Part shown: piece after piece, positions 1-8,394 of the stretch
How positions within the stretch are numbered: position 1 is the first letter of the stretch
Layout: every line of letters begins with the position of its first letter
Source: Leptogorgia sarmentosa
Lineage: Eukaryota
Assembly (NCBI GenBank): GCA_964658305.1
Contig: OZ210885.1
Coordinates: 14,694,001 to 14,758,000 of the forward strand
Direction: 5' to 3'
DNA: 64,000 nucleotides
Made by a program: the position numbers and the translations under genes
The notes under the pieces: generated by a model
What the model was told of the DNA's origin: nothing
What the model saw: the letters and a program-made list of their open reading frames with translations, nothing else
Database searches by the model: none

Positions 1-6
1 TACAAT

Positions 7-10
7 AAAA
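7..10 (-). terminator. Pol III T4 terminator of 5S gene (present in most units)
   Basis: Minus strand ...GTAGACTT-GCTTCA-TTTT: the first run of four T lies 6 nt after position 120. Confidence 0.7.
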
Positions 11-16
11 TGAAGC

Positions 17-136
17 AAGTCTACAACACTAAGTATTCCCAGGTGGTCACCCATCCAAGTACTAACTTTTCCCACCTAGGCTTAACTTCGGTGATCAGAC
101 GAGAACCGGTATTTTTCTACTGGTATGGTCGTAGAC
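17..136 (-). rRNA. 5S rRNA: 5S rRNA gene (first copy in window; variant allele)
   Basis: Reverse complement is 120 nt, GTCTACGACCATACC...GATCACCGAAGTTAAGC...TTAGTACTTGGATGGGTGACC...GGGAATAC...GTAGACTT, the canonical metazoan 5S motifs. Confidence 0.93.
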
Positions 137-150
137 ATTTGTTGATGGAA

Positions 151-173
151 GTTACACTTTTTAAACGTGTAAC
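151..173 (-). promoter_or_regulatory. Upstream TATA-like element (TTTAAAAA, -29..-22) inside a 7-bp inverted repeat; repeated in essentially every unit
   Basis: Minus strand GTTACAC-G-TTTAAAAA-GTGTAAC spans -37..-15 of the 5S start. This is the usual position of 5S TATA-like elements. Confidence 0.6.
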
Positions 174-1146
174 AATAACAAAACCCTGAAGTTGAAATTG
201 AAAGCAAACCTATTTACAAACACACATACAATAAAATGAAGCAAGTCTACAACACAAAGTATTCCCAGGTGGTCGTCCATCCAAGTACTAACTTTTCCCA
301 CCTAGGCCAAACTTTGGTGATCAGACGAGAACCGGTATTTTCCTACTGGTATGGTCGTAGACATTTGTTGATGGAAGTTACACTTTTTAGACGTGTAACA
401 ATAACAAAACCCTGAAGTTGAAATTGAAAGCAAACCTATTTACAAACACACATACAATAAAATGAAGCAAGTCTACAACACAAAGTATTCCCAGGTGGTC
501 ACCCATCCAACTACTAACTTTGCCTACCTAGGCTTAACTTCGGTGATCACACGAGAACCGGTATTTTCCTACTCGTATGGTCGTAGACATTTGTTGATGG
601 AAGTTACACTTTTTAAACGTGTAACAATAACAAAACCCTGAAGTTGAAATTGAAAGCAAAGCTATTTACAAACACACATACAATAAAATGAAGGAAGTCT
701 ACAACACAAAGTATTCCCAGGTGGTCACCCATCCAAGTACTAACTTTGCCCACCTAGGCTTAACTTCGGTGATCATACGAGAACCGGTATTTTCCTACTG
801 GTATGGTCGTAAACATTTGTTGATGGAAGTTACACTTTTTAAACGTGTAACAATAACAAAACCCTGAAGTTGAAATTGAAAGGAATTATATTTACAAACA
901 CACATACAATAAAATGAAGCAAGTCTACAACACAAAGTATTCCCAGGTAGTCACCCATCCAAGTACTAACTTTGCCCACCTAGGCTTAACTTCGGTGATC
1001 AGACGAGAACCGGTATTTTCCTACTGGTATCATCGTAGACATTTGTTGATGGAAGTAACACTTTTTAAACGTGTAACAATAACAAAACCCTGAAATTGAA
1101 ATTGAAAGCAAACCTATTTACAAACACACATACAATAAAATGAAGC

Positions 1147-1268
1147 AAGTCTACAACACAAAGTATTCCTCCGGGTGGTCACCCATCCAACTACTAACTT
1201 TGCCCACCTAGGCTTAACTTCGGTGACCAGACGAGAACCGGTATTTTCCTACTCGTACGATCGTAGAC
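1147..1268 (-). pseudogene. Probable 5S pseudogene copy (2-nt insertion plus several helix-breaking substitutions); recurs near 6307, 15208, 24716
   Basis: tattcctccgggtgg replaces tattcccaggtgg; it also carries the ccaactac, gtgaccag and actcgtacga variants. Confidence 0.6.
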
Positions 1269-1336
1269 ATTTGTTGATGCAAGTTACACTTTTTAAATGT
1301 GTAACAATAACAAAACCCTGAAGTTGAAATTGAAAG

Positions 1337-1439
1337 GAATTATATTTACAAATAGGCATTAAATAACATTTAGGAAAACAACAATACAAAGTATTTCCAG
1401 ATGTAGCAATAACAAAATCCCTGAAGTTTACATTGAAAG
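1337..1439 (-). pseudogene. 103-bp extra block of the 329-bp unit: decayed spacer plus ~29-nt 5S 3'-end remnant (1375..1403); about 48 copies
   Basis: ggaattatatttacaaataggcattaaataacatttaggaaaacaacaatacaaagtatttccagatg aligns without gaps to gcaaacctatttacaaacacacatacaataaaatgaagcaagtctacaacacaaagtattcccaggtg, then jumps to spacer sequence (tagcaataacaaaatccctgaagt). Confidence 0.85.
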
Positions 1440-4400
1440 CAAACCTATTTACAAACACACATACAATAAAATGAAGCAAGTCTACAACACAAAGTATTCC
1501 CAGGTGGTCACCCATCCAAGTACTAACTTTTCCCACCTAGGCCTAACTTCGGTGATCAGACGAGAACCGGTATTTTCCCACTGGTATGGTCGTAGACATT
1601 TGTTGATGGAAGTTACACTTTTTAAACGTGTAACAATAACAAAACCCTGAAGTTGAAATTGAAAGCAAACCTATTTACAAACACACATACAATAAAATCA
1701 AGCAAGTCTACAACACAAATTATTCCCAGGTAGTCACCCATCCAAGTACTAACTTTGCCCACCTAGGCTTAACTTCGGTGATCAGACGAGAACCGGTATT
1801 TTCCTACTGGTATGGTCGTAGACATTTGGTGATGGAAGTTACACTTTTTAAACGTGTAACAATAACAAAACCCTGAAGTTGAAATTGAAAGCAAACCTAT
1901 TTACAAACACACATACAATAAAATCAAGCAAGTCTACAACACAAAGTATTCCCAGGTGGTCACCCATCCAAGTACTAACTTTTCCCACCTAGGCTTAACT
2001 TCGGTGATCAGACGAGAACCGGTATTTTCCTACTGGTATGGTCGTAGACATTTGTTGATGGAAGTTACACTTTTTAAACGTGTAACAATAACAAAACACT
2101 GAAGTTGAAATTGAAAGGAATTATATTTACAAATAGGCATTAAATAACATTTAGCAAAACAACAATACAAAGTATTTCCAGATATAGCAATAACAAAATC
2201 CCTGAAGTTTACATTGAAAGCAAACCTATTTACAAACACACATACAATAAAATGAAGGAAGTCTACAACACAAAGTATTCCCAGGTGGTCACCCATCCAA
2301 GTACTAACTCTGCCCACCTAGGCTTAACTTCGGTGATCAGACGAGAACCGGTATTTTCCTACTGGTATGGTCGTAGACATTTGTTGATGGAAGTTACACT
2401 TTTTCAACGTGTAACAATAACAAAACCCTGAAGTTGAAATTGAAAGCAAACCTATTTACAAACACACATACAATGAAATGAAGCAAGTCTACAACACAAA
2501 GTATTCCCAGGTAGTCACCCATCCAAGTACTAACTTTGCCCACCTAGGCTTAACTTCGGTGATCAGACGAGAACCGGTATTTTCCTACTGGTATGGTCGT
2601 AGACATTTGTTGATGGAAGTAACACTTTTTAAACGAGTAACAATAACAAAACCCTTAAGTTGAAATTGAAAGCAAACCTATTTACAAATACACATACAAT
2701 AAAATGAAGTAAGTCTACAACACAAAGTATTCCCAGGTGGTCACCCATCCAAGTACTAACTTTTCCCACCTAGGCCTAACTTCGGTGATCAGACGAGAAC
2801 CGGTATTTTCCCACTGGTATGGTCGTAGACACTTGTTGATGGAAGTTACACTTTTTAAACGTGTAACAATAACAAAACCCTGAAGTTGAAATTGAAAGCA
2901 AACCTATTTACAAACACACATACAATAAAATGAAGCAAGTCTACAACACAAAGTATTCCCAGGTAGTCACCCATCCAAGTACTAACTTTGCCCACCTAGG
3001 CCTAACTTCGGTGATCAGACGAGAACCGGTATTTTCCTACTGGTATGGTCGTAGACATTTGTTGATGGAAGTTACACTTTTTAAACGTGTAACAATAACA
3101 AAACCCTGAAGTTGAAATTGAAAGCAAACCTATTTACAAACACACATACAATAAAATCAAGCAAGTCTACAACACAAAGTATTCCCAGGTGGTCACCCAT
3201 CCAAGTACTAACTTTTCCCACCTAGGCTTAACTTCGGTGATCAGACGAGAACCGGTATTTTCCTACTGGTATGGTCGTAGACATTTGTTGATGGAAGTAA
3301 CACTTTTTAAACGAGTAACAATAACAAAACCCTGAAGTTGAAATTGAAAGCAAACCTATTTACAAACACACATACAATAAAATGAAGTAAGTCTACAACA
3401 CAAAGTATTCCCAGGTGGTCACCCATCCAAGTACTAACTTTTCCCACCTAGGCCTAACCTCGGTGATCAGACGAGAACCGGTATTTTCCCATTGGTATGG
3501 TCGTAGACACTTGTTGATGGAAGTTACACTTTTTAAACGTGTAACAATAACAAAACCCTGAAGTTGAAATTGAAAGCAAACCTATTTACAAACACACATA
3601 CAATAAAATGAAGCAAGTCTACAACACAAAGTATTCCCAGGTAGTCACCCATCCAAGTACTAACTTTGCCCACCTAGGCCTAACTTCGGTGATCAGACGA
3701 GAACCGGTATTTTCCTACTGGTATGGTCGTAGACATTTGTTGATGGAAGTTACACTTTTTAAACGTGTAACAATAACAAAACCCTGAAGTTGAAATTGAA
3801 AGCAAACCTATTTACAAACACACATACAATAAAATCAAGCAAGTCTACAACACAAAGTATTCCCAGGTGGTCACCCATCCAAGTACTAACTTTTCCCACC
3901 TAGGCTTAACTTCGGTGATCAGACGAGAACCGGTATTTTCCTACTGGTATGGTCGTAGACATTTGTTGATGGAAGTAACACTTTTTAAACGAGTAACAAT
4001 AACAAAACCCTGAAGTTGAAATTGAAAGCAAACCTATTTACAAACACACATACAATAAAATGAAGTAAGTCTACAACACAAAGTATTCCCAGGTGGTCAC
4101 CCATCCAAGTACTAACTTTGCCCACCTAGGCCTAACTTCGGTGATCAGACGAGAACCGGTATTTTCCTACTGGTATGGTCGTAGACATTTGTTGATGGAA
4201 GTTACACTTTTTAAACGTGTAACAATAACAAAACCCTGAAGTTGAAATTGAAAGCAAACCTATTTACAAACACACATACAATAAAATCAAGCAAGTCTAC
4301 AACACAAAGTATTCCCAGGTGGTCACCCATCCAAGTACTAACTTTTCCCACCTAGGCTTAACTTCGGTGATCAGACGAGAACCGGTATTTTCCTACTGGT

Positions 4401-7400
4401 ATGGTTGTAGACATTTGTTGATGGAAGTTACACTTTTTAAACGTGTAACAATAACAAAACACTGAAGTTGAAATTGAAAGGAATTATATTTACAAATAGG
4501 CATTAAATAACATTTAGCAAAACAACAATACAAAGTATTTCCAGATATAGCAATAACAAAATCCCTGAAGTTTACATTGAAAGCAAACCTATTTACAAAC
4601 ACACATACAATAAAATGAAGCAAGTCTACAACACAAAGTATTCCCAGGTAGTCACCCATCCAAGTACTAACTTTGCCCACCTAGGCTTAACTTCGGTGAT
4701 CAGACGAGAACCGGTATTTTCCTACTTGTACGGTCGTAGACATTTGTTGATGCAAGTTACACTTTTTAAATGTGTAACAATAACAAAACCCTGAAGTTGA
4801 AATTGAAAGGAATTATATTTACAAATAGGCATTAAATAACATTTAGAAAAACAACAATACAAAGTATTTCCAGATGTAGCAATAACAAAATCCCTGAAGT
4901 TTACATTGAAAGGAAACCTATTTACAAACACACATACAATAAAATGAAGCAAGTCTACAACACAAAGTATTCCCAGGTGGTCACCCATCCAAGTACTAAC
5001 TTTTCCCACCTAGGCCTAACTTCGGTGATCAGACGAGAACCGGCATTTTCCTACTGGTATGGTCGTAGACATTTGTTGATGGAAGTTACACTTTTTAAAC
5101 GTGTAACAATAACAAAACCCTGAAGTTGAAATTGAAAGCAAACCTATTTACAAACACACATACAATAAAATGAAGCAAGTCTACAACACTAAGTATTCCC
5201 AGGTGGTCACCCATCCAAGTACTAACTTTTCCCACCTAGGCTTAACTTCGGTGATCAGACGAGAACCGGTATTTTTCTACTGGTATGGTCGTAGACATTT
5301 GTTGATGGAAGTTACACTTTTTAAACGTGTAACAATAACAAAACCCTGAAGTTGAAATTGAAAGCAAACCTATTTACAAACACACATACAATAAAATGAA
5401 GCAAGTCTACAACACAAAGTATTCCCAGGTGGTCGTCCATCCAAGTACTAACTTTTCCCACCTAGGCCAAACTTTGGTGATCAGACGAGAACCGGTATTT
5501 TCCTACTGGTATGGTCGTAGACATTTGTTGATGGAAGTTACACTTTTTAGACGTGTAACAATAACAAAACCCTGAAGTTGAAATTGAAAGCAAACCTATT
5601 TACAAACACACATACAATAAAATGAAGCAAGTCTACAACACAAAGTATTCCCAGGTGGTCACCCATCCAACTACTAACTTTGCCTACCTAGGCTTAACTT
5701 CGGTGATCACACGAGAACCGGTATTTTCCTACTCGTATGGTCGTAGACATTTGTTGATGGAAGTTACACTTTTTAAACGTGTAACAATAACAAAACCCTG
5801 AAGTTGAAATTGAAAGCAAAGCTATTTACAAACACACATACAATAAAATGAAGGAAGTCTACAACACAAAGTATTCCCAGGTGGTCACCCATCCAAGTAC
5901 TAACTTTGCCCACCTAGGCTTAACTTCGGTGATCATACGAGAACCGGTATTTTCCTACTGGTATGGTCGTAAACATTTGTTGATGGAAGTTACACTTTTT
6001 AAACGTGTAACAATAACAAAACCCTGAAGTTGAAATTGAAAGGAATTATATTTACAAACACACATACAATAAAATGAAGCAAGTCTACAACACAAAGTAT
6101 TCCCAGGTAGTCACCCATCCAAGTACTAACTTTGCCCACCTAGGCTTAACTTCGGTGATCAGACGAGAACCGGTATTTTCCTACTGGTATCATCGTAGAC
6201 ATTTGTTGATGGAAGTAACACTTTTTAAACGTGTAACAATAACAAAACCCTGAAATTGAAATTGAAAGCAAACCTATTTACAAACACACATACAATAAAA
6301 TGAAGCAAGTCTACAACACAAAGTATTCCTCCGGGTGGTCACCCATCCAACTACTAACTTTGCCCACCTAGGCTTAACTTCGGTGACCAGACGAGAACCG
6401 GTATTTTCCTACTCGTACGATCGTAGACATTTGTTGATGCAAGTTACACTTTTTAAATGTGTAACAATAACAAAACCCTGAAGTTGAAATTGAAAGGAAT
6501 TATATTTACAAATAGGCATTAAATAACATTTAGGAAAACAACAATACAAAGTATTTCCAGATGTAGCAATAACAAAATCCCTGAAGTTTACATTGAAAGC
6601 AAACCTATTTACAAACACACATACAATAAAATGAAGCAAGTCTACAACACAAAGTATTCCCAGGTGGTCACCCATCCAAGTACTAACGTTGCCCACCAAG
6701 GCTTAACTTCGGTGATCAGACGAGAACCGGTATTTTCCTACTGGTATGGTCGTAGACATTTGTTGATGGAAGTTACACTTTTTAAACGTGTAACAATAAC
6801 AAAACCCTGAATTTAAATTGAAAGCAAACCTATTTACAAACACACATACAATAAAATGAAGCAAGTCTACAACACAAAGTATTCCCAGGTAGTCACCCAT
6901 CCAAGTACTAACTTTGCCCACCTAGGCTTAACTTCGGTGATCAGACGAGAACCGGTATTTTCCTACTGGTATGGTCGTAGACATTTGTTGATGGAAGTTA
7001 CACTTTTTAAACGTGTAACAATAACAAAACCCTGAAGTTGAAATTGAAAGCAAACCTATTTACAAACACACATACAATAAAATGAAGCAAGTCTACAACA
7101 CAAAGTATTCCCAGGTGGTCACCCATCCAAGTACTAACTTTTCCCACCTAGGCCTAACTTCGGTGATCAGACGAGAACCGGTATTTTCCTACTCGTACGG
7201 TCGTAGACATTTGTTGATGCAAGTTACACTTTTTAAATGTGTAACAATAACAAAACCCTGAAGTTGAAATTGAAAGGAATTATATTTACAAATAGGCATT
7301 AAATAACATTTAGGAAAACAACAATAGAAAGTATTTCCAGATGTAGCAATAACAAAATCCCTGAAGTTTACATTGAAAGCAAACCTATTTACAAACACAC

Positions 7401-7612
7401 ATACAATAAAATGAAGCAAGTCTACAACACAAAGTATTCCCAGGTGGTCACCCATCCAAGTACTAACTTTGCCCACCAAGGCTTAACTTCGGTGATCAGA
7501 CGAGAACCGGTATTTTCCTACTGGTATGGTCGTAGACATTTGTTGATGGAAGTTACACTTTTTAAACGTGTAACAATAACAAAACCCTGAATTTGAAATT
7601 GAAAGCAAACCT

Positions 7613-8360
7613 TAATAAAACACGCAATTCGTTTTTGGCGATTTGTGGGTGACGGAAAGTGCGGTTTCTGGGAGTAAGGGCCCCCGGAGAAGCTGGAGAA
7701 AACAACATCAGGGTGAGGGTAAGGGCCCTCACCGTTGTGGACGTTGAATCTCATGTCCAAGCCGGGCTTCCCCCTGGTGAAGTGACCGGGAGATGCAAAG
7801 ATCAGAGCGAGGGTAAGGGCCCCCACTGTTATGGACCTTCCTCTCCTTTGCCGGTGTGAGCTTCACCGTGGGTGAAGTGTGGCCGTGTGGACACCACTTT
7901 CCGCCCCGATGTTCTTTTATTTCCTTTCAAATAGCTAGACTACATATGTACAAGTGTAGTAAAGTTAAATATGGGTGTCACTGCGTCTTCATGGGAGATA
8001 AAGTTAGACATGGTGGAACAAGCTATGCTGGTTGGTTGTCTCTGTCTTCTTTCTTGTTGTGTGTTTCTTCTGGGTGGGTGGGTGGGTTTTTCAATTTTCC
8101 AATGTGTCTACCGAATGGCAGTTAAGACCAGTATGGACTACGGAGGCTTTGATAGCTATTTATATCCGTTGAACAAACTCAGGAATGACGGCTTAACCGA
8201 AACCCAATCAGTGACAAAATTAGTTGCCACGAAGGCTTAGAGATTAACAACTTCCTAAGATACTTATTTCTTTTAAGCTGTCTATACTTTATGTCTTTTA
8301 CGTATGTGAAAGAATTTGCTTCTTATTAATCCCAATTTATTACTATGATAATAAATTGGC
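7613..8360. mobile_element. 748-bp unclassified insert in 5S spacer, copy 1
   Basis: Spacer gcaaaCCT|atttac is interrupted, with CCT on both sides (7610-7612 and 8361-8363). No TIRs, no poly(A), no TG..CA ends. Confidence 0.7.
7637..7918 (+). ncRNA. Candidate structured ncRNA domain within the 748-bp insert (also at 19909 and 26045)
   Basis: Closing helix CGGAAAGTG (7653-7661)/CACTTTCCG (7895-7903), several internal hairpins with G-U pairs on the + strand, TAATAAAA upstream and TTTT at 7915-7918. No known family recognised. Confidence 0.3.
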
Positions 8361-8394
8361 CCTATTTACAAACACACATACAATAAAATGAAGC

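Larger units (their letters stand above)
17..7537 (-). rRNA. 5S rRNA: 5S rRNA gene cluster, segment 1 (tandem copies)
   Basis: Uninterrupted 5S units up to the first 748-bp insert. Confidence 0.95.

Noticed and set aside
7715..7730. AGGGTAAGGG as a telomeric repeat or telomerase template
   Set aside because: It is not the metazoan TTAGGG, occurs only as a short motif in hairpin loops, and has no other telomerase RNA features that I can identify.
8180..8205. Hammerhead-like or SECIS-like motif GGAATGACGGCTTAACCGAAAC
   Set aside because: It lacks the CUGANGA core and supporting stems, and the SECIS helix geometry is not met.
7518..8240. Short ORFs of 66-102 aa overlapping the 748-bp insert
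   Set aside because: They overlap each other, one crosses the junction, and none shows RT, YR or transposase motifs.
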